Shown one piece after another: positions 1-9,235 of a DNA stretch of 64,000 bases; the stretch's first letter is position 1, and each line of letters opens with the position of its first letter. The notes under the pieces were generated by a model. That model was not told the origin of the DNA. It did no database searches and saw nothing but the letters and a program-made list of their open reading frames with translations. Origin of the DNA: Acetatifactor sp. (GTDB lineage: Bacteria; Bacillota; Clostridia; Lachnospirales; Lachnospiraceae); contig JAZQLH010000029.1 of assembly GCA_045542555.1 (NCBI GenBank), positions 122 to 64,121 on the forward strand, read 5' to 3'. The position numbers and the translations under genes were made by a program.

Positions 1-2400
1 CCCGCTGTACTACTCTCTCATAATAGTTTCGCACATCTCGGCCATTGCCAAATTTTTCGCCTTTTTCGGCATCCATTCTTGCAAAATGTTCTTTCAGATA
101 AGGAACGGCTTCTTCGGATATTTCATATTGTTCCTTCACGCAATAAGACCTAAATATCTCAAACATTTCATCCGGAATATAGTCAGGGAAGTCAATAAAG
201 TACTTAAATCGACTTTCTAGACCGGGATTGCTGGCAAGAAAATCCTGCATTTCCTTTTTGTATCCCGCCACAATCACAATCAGATTGTCCCTGTTATCCT
301 CCATAGCTTTTAATATAGTGTTGATTGCCTCCCGGCCAAAATCGCGAGGACTATCCTGAGGACTCAATGTATAGGCCTCATCAATAAACAACACACCACC
401 TAATGCACTATCTATAACTGCTTGCGTTTTGGGGGCAGTTTCTCCTATATATTGTCCAACAAGAGAAGCTCTATCACATTCCACCAGCTTATCTGTCGGA
501 ATAACGCCTATTTCATGAAATACTTGTGCAATAATACGTGCTACCGTTGTTTTACCGGTTCCAGGATTACCTGTGAAAACCATATGCATGGATGCATTTT
601 CAACATTTCTTCCCATCTCCCGGAGCTTTTTTTGTGCAATTATCTTCTTTTTCAGATTAAGCACTTCTATCTTTACAGAATCCAGCCCGATCATTCCGTC
701 CAACTCTTCCAGCGCAGATTTTTGGCTTGTCTGCTCTACTCCGGACTCATCTTCATTCTCTTCTTCAGTTTCATCTGCAATGTCCTCTTTCATAATGGTC
801 ATAAAGTCCATTTCCGTTAATCCGTTGATACCCAGACGACTTATTCTCACATTCTGCTTTTTCAATACTTTTTCAAAGAAATTTCTAACATCTCGACCAT
901 TTGCAAAGTTTTCATTCTTACTATTAATCATCTTTGTCATTTCCTTAATCACAGTTTCCCATGAATCATCAGAAACAACATATCCCCTGCTGTCACAGGT
1001 ATACTTGAAAATCTGAACCATTTCCGCCACAGTATAATCTTCAAAATCCATAAACAGGCTAAATCTTGACTGTAACCCGGGGTTAGTATCTATAAAATCT
1101 TTCATTTCTTTTGTATATCCGGCTACGATTACAATCAGATTATCCCTGTTATCCTCCATAGCCTTCAAAAGAGTATTAATTGCCTCCTGACCAAAATCAC
1201 GTGAACTATCTTTGGGACACAATGCATAAGCTTCAACAATAAATAATACACCACCTAATGCACTGTCAATGACCGCTTGCGTTTTGGGGGCTGTATGACC
1301 TACATGTTGTCCTACAAGAGTTGCTCTGTCACATTCCACTAATTTATCTGTAGGAATAATGCCTATTTCGTGAAAAACCTTTGCAATGATACGTGCTACA
1401 GTTGTTTTACCGGTTCCCGGATTACCTGTAAAGACCATATGCATAGATGCGCTCTCTACATTTCTTCCCATATCCCGAAGCTTCTTCTGTGCTATAATCG
1501 TCTTCTTTAAATTATACACTTCTGCCTTCACAGAATCCAATCCAATCATTCGGTCCAATGCTGCCAGTGCAGAATTTTGACTTGACTGCTTTATTTCTTC
1601 CTCTTCTACAATATCTTCCTTAGAAATCGTCATAAAGTCCATTTCTGATAAACTGTTAATATCCAAACGGCTTATTCTGACATTTTGCTTTTTCAAAACT
1701 TTTTCAAAGAAATTTCTTACATCTCGACCATTCGCAAAAGTTTGTGACTTGTTACGATTTATTTTAGTCATTTCATTAATTACTGCTTGCCATGCATCGT
1801 CAGCAACAACATATCCTTTGCTGTCACAGGTTAATTTAAACATCTGAACCATTTCCGGCACAGTATAATCTTCGAACTCCAAAAACATATTGAATCGTGA
1901 CTGCAAGCCGGGATTACTGTCTATGAAATCTCTCATTTCATTCGTATATCCCGCCACAATCACAATCAGATTATCCCTGTTATCCTCCATAGCCTTCAAA
2001 AGAGTATCAATTGCTTCCTGACCAAAATTATCACCCGCTGAACTGAGTGTATAAGCTTCATCAATAAACAGCACGCCACCCAACGCACTTTCAACAACCT
2101 GTAGTGTTTGGGATGCAGTCTGACCCGAATATTTTGCAACAAGGGATGTTCTGTCACATTCTATCAACTTTTCTGTAGGAATAATACCTATTTCATGCAA
2201 TATTCTTGCAATAATTCTTGCCACTGTGGTCTTACCGGTTCCGGGATTACCTGTAAACACCATATGTAATGACATTTTCTGGGTTTCTTTTCCCATTTCC
2301 TTCAATTTCTGCTGCACTTCCACAAAAGACTTTAAGTTATGAACCTCTTCTTTTACCTTCTGGAGACCAATCATCCGGTCCAATTCATCCATTGCAGACT
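1..2400 (-). repeat. Intragenic tandem triplication of the AAA+ module (period about 825-855 nt)
   Basis: The same block recurs three times in frame: MIGL..VK..V..LK, then MHMVFTGNPGTGKTTVARI, then GGVLFI(D/V)EAY, then MEDNRDNLIVIVAGY, then NPGLQSRF. Modules 2 and 3 are also visibly similar at nucleotide level. Confidence 0.85.
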
Positions 2401-4525
2401 TTTGCCCGGGAAAATCTTCAAATACTTCAACCTTAAACTTTTCATACATTATTTGCTTAAAATTTTCCTCATACGCAATTATCTTTTGCGCTATAGACAA
2501 TAACTCGTCATAATCCTCATAAGAAGAACTATCCTCCACAGCTTGCAAAAGTTCAATGGCTTCTCTGGCAACGCTTACACTTCTCTCCTTTGTCAGCTTG
2601 TTCTTGGCAAGTAAAACATATGCCTCCTTTTGACCACCCTCTACAGCCTTGCTAAGCCATTTCTCTGCCTTTTCCAAATCCTTATCTGTTCCTATACCCT
2701 CCTGATAAGCACATCCCAATCGAAGCATTGAATATGCATCTTTCGCATTTACACCCTTTTTATACCATCTCATTGCCTCCTCAAGATCTCGCTCTACTCC
2801 TTCACCATTTCGGAAAATATCACCAAGTCTTCCCATTGCTTCCGCATATTCATTTTCTGCGGCCTTCCTAAACCATGCTGCAGCCTTGGCAAAATCCTGC
2901 TCTACTCCTCTACCTTTATAATACACCAAACCCAGTGTATACATCGTCCTTGCATGTCCACCATCCGCGGCCTTCCTAAACCACGCAATTGCCTCTGAAT
3001 AATTTTGCTCTACGCCGCTTCCTTCCCAATACATTGCGCCAAGATTACCCATAGCTGCAGCGTATCCTGCATCTGCTGCCTTCTTAAACCACGATATCGC
3101 CTCTAAAAAATCCCGTTCCACGCCCTTACCGGAATAATACAACAAACCCACACTATGCAATGCCTGCGCATATCCGGCATCTGCTGCTTTCCTATACCAT
3201 TCTGCAGCCTTGACATAATCATTCTCTACTCCTTCGCCGTAATAATATGCCTGACCATAATGATACATTCCCTCAACATGTCCTTCTTCTGCCGCATTTC
3301 GGAACCAAATTGCTGCTTTTTCATAATCTTTCTCTACTCCCTGTCCATACTCATACGCCAGGCCAAGATTATCCATTGCAGATTGATTTCCCTTTTCCAC
3401 TGCCTTTTGAAACCATTTTACTGCTTTGTCGTAATCTTTCTCTACTCCCCGGCCATACTTATACGCCAAACCAAGGTGATTCATTGCCTCAACATATTCG
3501 TTTTGTGCCGCTTTTTCAAACCATTTTGCCGCTTTGCTATAATTTCGCTGTATGCCATTTCCTTCATAATATGCCAGACCCAAACTGTACATTGCTTCAA
3601 CATGACCATTTTCTGCTGCCTTTTTGAACCAATCGGCTGCTACGGCCAAATCCTGATTTACCCCACTTCCATTGGCATATGCTTTTCCAAGAATATTCAT
3701 AGCCGAACCGCTTCCTGCTTCCGCTCCTTTTATATACCAATCCATTGCCTTGGCAAAATCTTGTTTTACTCCCTGACCATTTGCGTACAATTGACCGAGA
3801 TTGTACATCGCATAGCCATCTCCGCCATCTGCTCCCTTCTTAAACCACTGAATTGCTTTTGCATAATTTTGTTCTACACCTTGGCCATTCATATATAACA
3901 AGCCGAGACCAGTCTTTGCAGAAGAGTCTCCGGCATTCGCGCCCTTTTTATACCACTCCGCAGCCATATTCGCATCCTGCTCTATTCCATTTCCCTGTAG
4001 ATAAGCATCACCCAGATAACACATAGACTCCGTATCTCCGGCTTCAGCTGCTTTTTGAAACCAAGCAGTTGCCTTAACAGCATCTGCTTCTATATTTTCC
4101 ATAAAATCCTTCCTACAATATGCAAATGCCATATATCTCATAGAGGGAATATGTCCGGATTCTGCTGATTTCTCCAGCCAATAGAAAGCTTTATTAAGGT
4201 CCTTATCAACAATCTGACCTTTGTAATGCTTCGCATACATATCAACCATGGCATCTTCATGACCAAGCTCTGCTGCCAGACTCATCCACTTGATACCCTC
4301 TTTTAAATCTACTTTCACACCCAGTCCCTGATAAAATGCGATTGCCATATTGAACGTTGCATCCAGATTACCGGCAGTAGCAGCCTTATAAAACCAATTC
4401 ACACTTTCTGCCAAATCCTTCTCAACACCTGAGCCCTCCCGATAGGCAAGTCCCAGTTTATTCATCGCCACCGCATCTCCGAACTTCGCCTTCATTTGCC
4501 ATGTAGATATCTTAATATCAGCCAT
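1..4525 (-). CDS. Sel1-repeat protein fused to three tandem CbxX/SpoVK-type AAA+ ATPase modules (N-terminus complete, C-terminus beyond window start; at least 1508 aa)
   Basis: Hand translation of the minus strand from ATG 4525-4523 (RBS GGAGGAG 4534-4540) stays open to nt 1. With no stop in the window it is absent from the ORF track. About 17 Sel1 repeats (A..W..KAA..G...A...LG..Y..G.GVE.D) span nt ~4500-2650. Walker A GNPGTGKTT codons start at 2251, 1426 and 571, all in frame with the ATG. Walker B is LFIDEAY in modules 1 and 3 and LFIVEAY in module 2. Confidence 0.85.
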   Translation of the reverse strand, partial: MADIKISTWQMKAKFGDAVAMNKLGLAYREGSGVEKDLAESVNWFYKAATAGNLDATFNMAIAFYQGLGVKVDLKEGIKWMSLAAELGHEDAMVDMYAKHYKGQIVDKDLNKAFYWLEKSAESGHIPSMRYMAFAYCRKDFMENIEADAVKATAWFQKAAEAGDTESMCYLGDAYLQGNGIEQDANMAAEWYKKGANAGDSSAKTGLGLLYMNGQGVEQNYAKAIQWFKKGADGGDGYAMYNLGQLYANGQGVKQDFAKAMDWYIKGAEAGSGSAMNILGKAYANGSGVNQDLAVAADWFKKAAENGHVEAMYSLGLAYYEGNGIQRNYSKAAKWFEKAAQNEYVEAMNHLGLAYKYGRGVEKDYDKAVKWFQKAVEKGNQSAMDNLGLAYEYGQGVEKDYEKAAIWFRNAAEEGHVEGMYHYGQAYYYGEGVENDYVKAAEWYRKAADAGYAQALHSVGLLYYSGKGVERDFLEAISWFKKAADAGYAAAMGNLGAMYWEGSGVEQNYSEAIAWFRKAADGGHARTMYTLGLVYYKGRGVEQDFAKAAAWFRKAAENEYAEAMGRLGDIFRNGEGVERDLEEAMRWYKKGVNAKDAYSMLRLGCAYQEGIGTDKDLEKAEKWLSKAVEGGQKEAYVLLAKNKLTKERSVSVAREAIELLQAVEDSSSYEDYDELLSIAQKIIAYEENFKQIMYEKFKVEVFEDFPGQKSAMDELDRMIGLQKVKEEVHNLKSFVEVQQKLKEMGKETQKMSLHMVFTGNPGTGKTTVARIIARILHEIGIIPTEKLIECDRTSLVAKYSGQTASQTLQVVESALGGVLFIDEAYTLSSAGDNFGQEAIDTLLKAMEDNRDNLIVIVAGYTNEMRDFIDSNPGLQSRFNMFLEFEDYTVPEMVQMFKLTCDSKGYVVADDAWQAVINEMTKINRNKSQTFANGRDVRNFFEKVLKKQNVRISRLDINSLSEMDFMTISKEDIVEEEEIKQSSQNSALAALDRMIGLDSVKAEVYNLKKTIIAQKKLRDMGRNVESASMHMVFTGNPGTGKTTVARIIAKVFHEIGIIPTDKLVECDRATLVGQHVGHTAPKTQAVIDSALGGVLFIVEAYALCPKDSSRDFGQEAINTLLKAMEDNRDNLIVIVAGYTKEMKDFIDTNPGLQSRFSLFMDFEDYTVAEMVQIFKYTCDSRGYVVSDDSWETVIKEMTKMINSKNENFANGRDVRNFFEKVLKKQNVRISRLGINGLTEMDFMTIMKEDIADETEEENEDESGVEQTSQKSALEELDGMIGLDSVKIEVLNLKKKIIAQKKLREMGRNVENASMHMVFTGNPGTGKTTVARIIAQVFHEIGVIPTDKLVECDRASLVGQYIGETAPKTQAVIDSALGGVLFIDEAYTLSPQDSPRDFGREAINTILKAMEDNRDNLIVIVAGYKKEMQDFLASNPGLESRFKYFIDFPDYIPDEMFEIFRSYCVKEQYEISEEAVPYLKEHFARMDAEKGEKFGNGRDVRNYYERVVQR

Positions 4526-4552
4526 TTGTATTTCTCCTCCCAAAAGTATGAT

Positions 4553-4597
4553 GAAAAGCCAAAGTCATAAATACTTTTTTCAAGACTTTGGCTTTTC
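4553..4597 (-). terminator. Intercistronic 14-bp perfect hairpin between the membrane-protein gene and the Sel1/AAA+ gene (attenuator, processing or stabiliser hairpin; no clear U-tract)
   Basis: GAAAAGCCAAAGTC (4553-4566) pairs with GACTTTGGCTTTTC (4584-4597) across a 17-nt loop. On the minus strand it is followed by ATCATACTTTTGGG, not a clean T-run. Confidence 0.4.
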
Positions 4598-4604
4598 GAA
4601 AATG

Positions 4605-5405
4605 CTATTTATTATTCTTTTTTCTAATCTGCTCCATGATGTCAGCATTAAGTGTTACATCACTCTTTTCTGCCACAACACTACCCGTATTACTGCTTTT
4701 TGCAATTACATTAGGCCTTTTTATCTTAATGCCACCCATGAAAAACAAGACAATGCCAACACCATGTATTACAATGTCAAGTACAATAGCAATTACAACA
4801 AATGTGAAATTATCTTCCGTTGGCGGAAAGGAAAAAGTAAGTATTGTACAAAAAGAAATAAATGTATTTATCAAAGACGGAACAATACCTACTACAAGCC
4901 CTAAAATTCTACAATCCGGCGGAATCCATGTGTCCGACGAACGAAATCCCAAGTACACACCCACAAAATGAAATGCCAGTACTAATACAAAAAAGAGTAC
5001 TCTGGGCATTGGGGACGGCCACTGCATTTCTATAAATGATAAAATTGTTGCAGACGTCATAGATGCAACACAACCGTAACTTGCCGCTAAATTCCATATG
5101 GTTAACTGACTGGAACATATCATTAACAGGAAAATGACGAAGAAGATAAAAATATCTATCTCAACCATAAAAAGCGTATCTGCATCCAACTTGGCCAAAA
5201 GCGTTCTTTCTATCGCAAATACGGACATGGAATCGGCAGAGCCTCCTGTGGCGAAATACCAAACCAGATAGGATATTCCTACCAACATTGTCAACACCAT
5301 TTCTCTGGTATGATTTTGAGCAATATAAGTAATTAACTCAATAAGGACCTTAATAGGAAACGTAAAAAGTTTAAATATTAAAAAGACATCCCATCTTACC
5401 CACAC
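4605..5405 (-). CDS. Polytopic membrane protein, unknown family
   Basis: 266-aa track ORF (GTG start) with multiple hydrophobic segments. Same strand as the Sel1/AAA+ gene, and its stop lies 79 nt upstream of that gene's ATG. Confidence 0.6.
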   Translation of the reverse strand: MWVRWDVFLIFKLFTFPIKVLIELITYIAQNHTREMVLTMLVGISYLVWYFATGGSADSMSVFAIERTLLAKLDADTLFMVEIDIFIFFVIFLLMICSSQLTIWNLAASYGCVASMTSATILSFIEMQWPSPMPRVLFFVLVLAFHFVGVYLGFRSSDTWIPPDCRILGLVVGIVPSLINTFISFCTILTFSFPPTEDNFTFVVIAIVLDIVIHGVGIVLFFMGGIKIKRPNVIAKSSNTGSVVAEKSDVTLNADIMEQIRKKNNK

Positions 5406-5449
5406 AGTCTCTCTTATACCTCCTTCTTCTTAAGTACAATAAATACTAC

Positions 5450-7006
5450 CTACTTTTTCTTTTTGCTGCCCAGAACAACCAGGAATACTATCACGCCTAC
5501 AACACCTACAGCTGCAATAGGTATCAGAATACCCATTTTGCCGGCACCGGAATCTGTTGCCTGCTCCTTTTCAACAGCAACCAATTTGATAGGTTCCCCG
5601 TACATTTCGAATGCTTCATGATATACATCTGTTAAATAATTTCCTTCTTCATCGTGCAAAGACTGGTCAACAATCGTTACTTTATCAACGATTTCGAGCT
5701 CTTCCGAACCATTTGATAAAAGAACCTGTACATTATAAGGACATTCTCTACTTATACGAATAGGAACCATTTCACCTTCGTCACCATAAGGTTGAACTGT
5801 AATGTATTCTGCCAGTTTATCATCTATTGTAATTTCGTAGTCCTTTGGTTCATAATAGAAATAAATCGTCGCATCTCCCTTTGGTGTTACAAAAGAATAG
5901 CTGTACTCTCCAAGATTTTCATTCCATTCCACCTGATAAAATGAAAGTCCGGATGCTCTCAAGTTTACAAACCGATAACCAAGCTTGACATTAGAACGTG
6001 TTCCAACGGTGTATCCTTTATAATGGCCACCCATTCCTATAGGATATCCCAAACCATCTACTGCCACATATGTAACAGAACCTACCTCTTCACCTGTATC
6101 TGCATTTGTTACTATTTCCGGCTCTCTTTGAGTATCTTCAATAACCTCATCGTTTTTAATATCTTCATAATGTCTGGGATTTACAGAATAAATAGCTTCC
6201 ATTTCTTTGCTGTTATCTTCTGCCACTACACCAGAGTCTGCTCCTGTTTTATCTGTATCCACAGATGCATTGGGAGTATTTGTATTTTCGTTAGATGCCT
6301 CCGTTTGCACTTCTTGCTCGTTGCTATTTTCGACAATCTTAGAGTCGTACTCTTTTGCCCACTCCTCAAAATATGCAGAAACTTCACTAATCCACTCTAC
6401 TTCTCCAATTAATACATAGATTCTGGGATCTCCTGCCCCTTCTTCTACTTCTACCCAAATCCCGGGATCTTCTGTATATCCTTCTCCTAATTTAAAATCG
6501 GGGCTCAATGTTTGGATACTACATGCAGTATTTGATCCGTATCCCACATAATTTTCATATCCATAATTATGGAAATTATAATATCCCGGATAGATACCAA
6601 ACTGTGCCTGATGTAACACACCGGTCTCATTTCCGAGCTGTACAGTATCAAGTTTGTTGTATTCCATAGGCATACCCAGGTCAAACTCAAACAGATGGGT
6701 TCCATACGTCTCCTCTGAATCAAACTTTCCCTCAAACTGATATCTTTCAAAGTCGTTCTGTTCGACAGTCCATTTGTCCTGTCGAACAAAGTACATGATA
6801 ACATGTTGCTCTGCTCCACAATGATTGTTTAATTCATACAGCGCTTCATATCCCTCACCGACTCTACTACCAATTTTGCTATTCGTAGCATACTTATCCT
6901 CGTACTCCTTTGCGTACGCAACGGAAGAAAATAGTGTACTAAAAGCCATTAAAGTGCCCAATGCAGAAATTAAACATTTCTTTATCAATTCTTTCTTCAC
7001 TATCAT
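5450..7006 (-). CDS. Secreted, C-terminally membrane-anchored protein of unknown function
   Basis: 518-aa track ORF. Signal peptide ends ..FSSVAYA/KE. An acidic low-complexity linker (ENSNEQEVQTEASNENTNTPNASVDTDK) sits mid-protein. The C-terminus is a TM helix followed by KKKK. Confidence 0.65.
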   Translation of the reverse strand: MIVKKELIKKCLISALGTLMAFSTLFSSVAYAKEYEDKYATNSKIGSRVGEGYEALYELNNHCGAEQHVIMYFVRQDKWTVEQNDFERYQFEGKFDSEETYGTHLFEFDLGMPMEYNKLDTVQLGNETGVLHQAQFGIYPGYYNFHNYGYENYVGYGSNTACSIQTLSPDFKLGEGYTEDPGIWVEVEEGAGDPRIYVLIGEVEWISEVSAYFEEWAKEYDSKIVENSNEQEVQTEASNENTNTPNASVDTDKTGADSGVVAEDNSKEMEAIYSVNPRHYEDIKNDEVIEDTQREPEIVTNADTGEEVGSVTYVAVDGLGYPIGMGGHYKGYTVGTRSNVKLGYRFVNLRASGLSFYQVEWNENLGEYSYSFVTPKGDATIYFYYEPKDYEITIDDKLAEYITVQPYGDEGEMVPIRISRECPYNVQVLLSNGSEELEIVDKVTIVDQSLHDEEGNYLTDVYHEAFEMYGEPIKLVAVEKEQATDSGAGKMGILIPIAAVGVVGVIVFLVVLGSKKKK

Positions 7007-7151
7007 TTTCCCCTCTCTTTTTCTTTTGTTTTGAATATATAATGCGTTTTATATTATAGTATATTTTATAATTCAAGTCAACTAACCCAATACTTATTCC
7101 ACCACTCCAAAACCTATTGTGTAGTATTATAAGTGACAAGGAGGGATTGAT

Positions 7152-7436
7152 ATGGTTGACTTTGGAAACGCTCTGAAAACACTGCGTATAAAAGAAGACA
7201 TGACACAAGCACAACTGGCACAAAAGCTGGGTCTTACAAAATCTGTCATCAGTGCTTACGAAACCAGTCTTCGCCTACCTTCTTATGATGTACTGATTCA
7301 CATTGCGAAAATATTCAATGTAAGCACAGACTATCTGTTGGGCTTAGAGCATAAACAGGAAATAGACTTATCCGGTTTAACCCATGAGGAAATAACTGCC
7401 CTCTTAAATTTAATTGAGGCCATGAGACGACGTTAA
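7152..7436 (+). CDS. XRE-family helix-turn-helix transcriptional regulator
   Basis: 94 aa with HTH_3-like MTQAQLAQKLGLTKSVISAYETSLRLPS. Strong RBS AAGGAGGG precedes the start. It is divergent from the 7006-to-1 gene string. Confidence 0.85.
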   Translation: MVDFGNALKTLRIKEDMTQAQLAQKLGLTKSVISAYETSLRLPSYDVLIHIAKIFNVSTDYLLGLEHKQEIDLSGLTHEEITALLNLIEAMRRR

Positions 7437-7486
7437 TTATCCGCCGAGATACCGGCATAACAGCTACTTGATTTACAAAATAAACA

Positions 7487-7520
7487 CAAAAAAAGAGAAG
7501 GTACTTTTACCTTCTCTTTT
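7487..7520. terminator. Bidirectional rho-independent terminator between convergent XRE and CPBP genes
   Basis: GAGAAGGTA (7495-7503) pairs with TACCTTCTC (7508-7516). An A-run lies upstream and a T-run downstream. Confidence 0.6.
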
Positions 7521-7530
7521 ACTTTGCTTT

Positions 7531-8352
7531 CTATTCCTCCAAAAGATTTCCCACATGTTTTGTTTCAAAAAACATCTCTTTGTTGGTAAGTACAATTATT
7601 ATAGCTACAATAACGATAAAAATGGTTTCTATACATTTGGTTTCCGGAGTCATATTAATTTTCTCTTGCATAATATTTATGAATATATGAAAAATAATTG
7701 TCGCCAGCATGCTTCTGTTATTCTTTACATATACCCATGTTTGCAGAAAATCAAGGGGAATCACGCTCACAAGGAAATTAAGTACATAGATAATTCCCAT
7801 CTCTCTAAGACCATACTGGTATGTTCCGGGAACCCAAAATAACGGAATATGCCAGCATGCCCATATTACACCAAAAATAATGGACTCCTTAAACCAGTTG
7901 TAATACGCACCTACAGCATCTTCTCCATATCCTCTCCATCCCAATTCTTCTATGCAGGAAGCCAGTAATATGGTAAGTAACGCAGATGTTCCTCCTATGG
8001 AAAAGGAGAAATCTTCTGTAAAAGAAAATTGTTCTGCGGAACCGCCAAACAATATGGAAGTTCCTATAGATGCCACTACTGCGATTGCAAATAAGCAAAC
8101 AGCAAGAACGATGTATCTTGGCTTTATACGGTAGAAACCTACAATTTTTCTCTTAAAGTCCTGCTTTAATGCATTGCTTTTCGATGTTAAAACAGTCACA
8201 ACCGCCACTATGGCAGGAGTCATCAAGCCCAAAAGCATGAACAAAAATAGCAGGGGACTTTCTTTACATAATATAGCAAGCAACCAGAAAAACCATGTTA
8301 CAGCGAATACAGTAATATAAAACCGAAAAGGCCTGTAAGTATAACGTTCCAT
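7531..8352 (-). CDS. CPBP-family (CAAX/Abi-type) intramembrane glutamic metalloprotease
   Basis: Motifs EELGWRGY (EExxxR), FGVIWACWH and HIFIN in a polytopic protein. I prefer ATG 8352 (GGAGG at 8359-8363, 6-nt spacer) to the track start at 8385. Confidence 0.8.
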   Translation of the reverse strand: MERYTYRPFRFYITVFAVTWFFWLLAILCKESPLLFLFMLLGLMTPAIVAVVTVLTSKSNALKQDFKRKIVGFYRIKPRYIVLAVCLFAIAVVASIGTSILFGGSAEQFSFTEDFSFSIGGTSALLTILLASCIEELGWRGYGEDAVGAYYNWFKESIIFGVIWACWHIPLFWVPGTYQYGLREMGIIYVLNFLVSVIPLDFLQTWVYVKNNRSMLATIIFHIFINIMQEKINMTPETKCIETIFIVIVAIIIVLTNKEMFFETKHVGNLLEE

Positions 8353-8353
8353 C

Positions 8354-9235
8354 TTACGCCTCCTCTCTGGTAATGAATAATTCACTCTTCATACCATTCA
8401 GTTCAATATAATTGTCCGCATTTTCCGAAGAGAAATCCTCTACCCGAGTGCCCTGGTTTTCATAGTATATAGCCGTGCCAATCCCTCTTTTTCTCGCTCT
8501 AAAGGAAAAATCATTGGGTACCTTTATTCTTGATATCGCTGAAATCTGATTGATTTCCAGAGCGCCCTCGTGGGAAACAACTTCCACCGACATATCCAAG
8601 TTGCAGTTTATTTCTACCTCGCCCTTGCTGTCCTTGAGATAGACTTCCGTTACTTTGCCATCAAATTCAATGCTTTTACATTCAATATCTGTTATTTCTA
8701 ATCTCTTAGCATTAACAGCAACTTCAACCTTGCCAATATATTTTTGAGGAATGTCAATCCTTATCACAATACCTTCTTTTGCATGTGCCTCTGTTGCTCC
8801 ATTCATTCTTTGCAAGTCAACGTCAATCCTATTTTTCACATCATCTATTTTAATTTTGTAATCACTTTGAAGCTCTTTTATGATGTTTGACAATAGAGAT
8901 ACCTTTATTTTTTCTCCCACATAAGAAGTAAGAATTACAGTATGTGCGCTGCCTAATTTGATATCATAACCCTTAACGCCGTCGATGTCGTATTCGGTTA
9001 TGCTTTCGTATAAATACTCTGACTGTTCCTTTTCACTTTTCCCATTCAGCAAAAGCTCATCTAATGAAATCTGAAACAACTCCGCTATCGCAACCAAATT
9101 AGCTATGTCCGGTGTTCCGGTTCCGTTTTCCCATTTTGTAACGGCTTGTCTGGATACACCAATCATCTCTGCCATCTTCTCTTGGGATATGCCTGCCTGC
9201 TTTCTACAATTTCTGATTTGTTCTTCTAAAGTCAT
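8354..9235 (-). CDS. XRE HTH domain fused to a DUF4097-like beta-strand-repeat domain
   Basis: N-terminus reads AGISQEKMAEMIGVSRQAVTKWENGTGTPDIANLVAIAELFQISLDELL. The C-terminal ~200 aa carry repetitive V.V/I.I beta-strand patterns typical of DUF4097-type proteins. The stop TAA (8356-8354) lies between the RBS and ATG of the CPBP gene. Confidence 0.65.
   Translation of the reverse strand: MTLEEQIRNCRKQAGISQEKMAEMIGVSRQAVTKWENGTGTPDIANLVAIAELFQISLDELLLNGKSEKEQSEYLYESITEYDIDGVKGYDIKLGSAHTVILTSYVGEKIKVSLLSNIIKELQSDYKIKIDDVKNRIDVDLQRMNGATEAHAKEGIVIRIDIPQKYIGKVEVAVNAKRLEITDIECKSIEFDGKVTEVYLKDSKGEVEINCNLDMSVEVVSHEGALEINQISAISRIKVPNDFSFRARKRGIGTAIYYENQGTRVEDFSSENADNYIELNGMKSELFITREEA

Noticed and set aside
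3155-3898. 247-aa plus-strand ORF (and 3247-3627, 422-1016, 1386-1580) in the first 4.5 kb
   Set aside because: The translations are Cys/Phe/Ile-rich with no motifs. They lie antisense to the continuous Sel1/AAA+ frame, which has clear repeats and Walker motifs, so they are shadow ORFs.
2650-4500. Regular ~108-nt periodicity that might be taken for a tandem repeat or CRISPR-like array
   Set aside because: The periodicity is coding: 36-aa Sel1 repeats in one open frame. The units diverge at nucleotide level and there are no spacer/repeat alternations.
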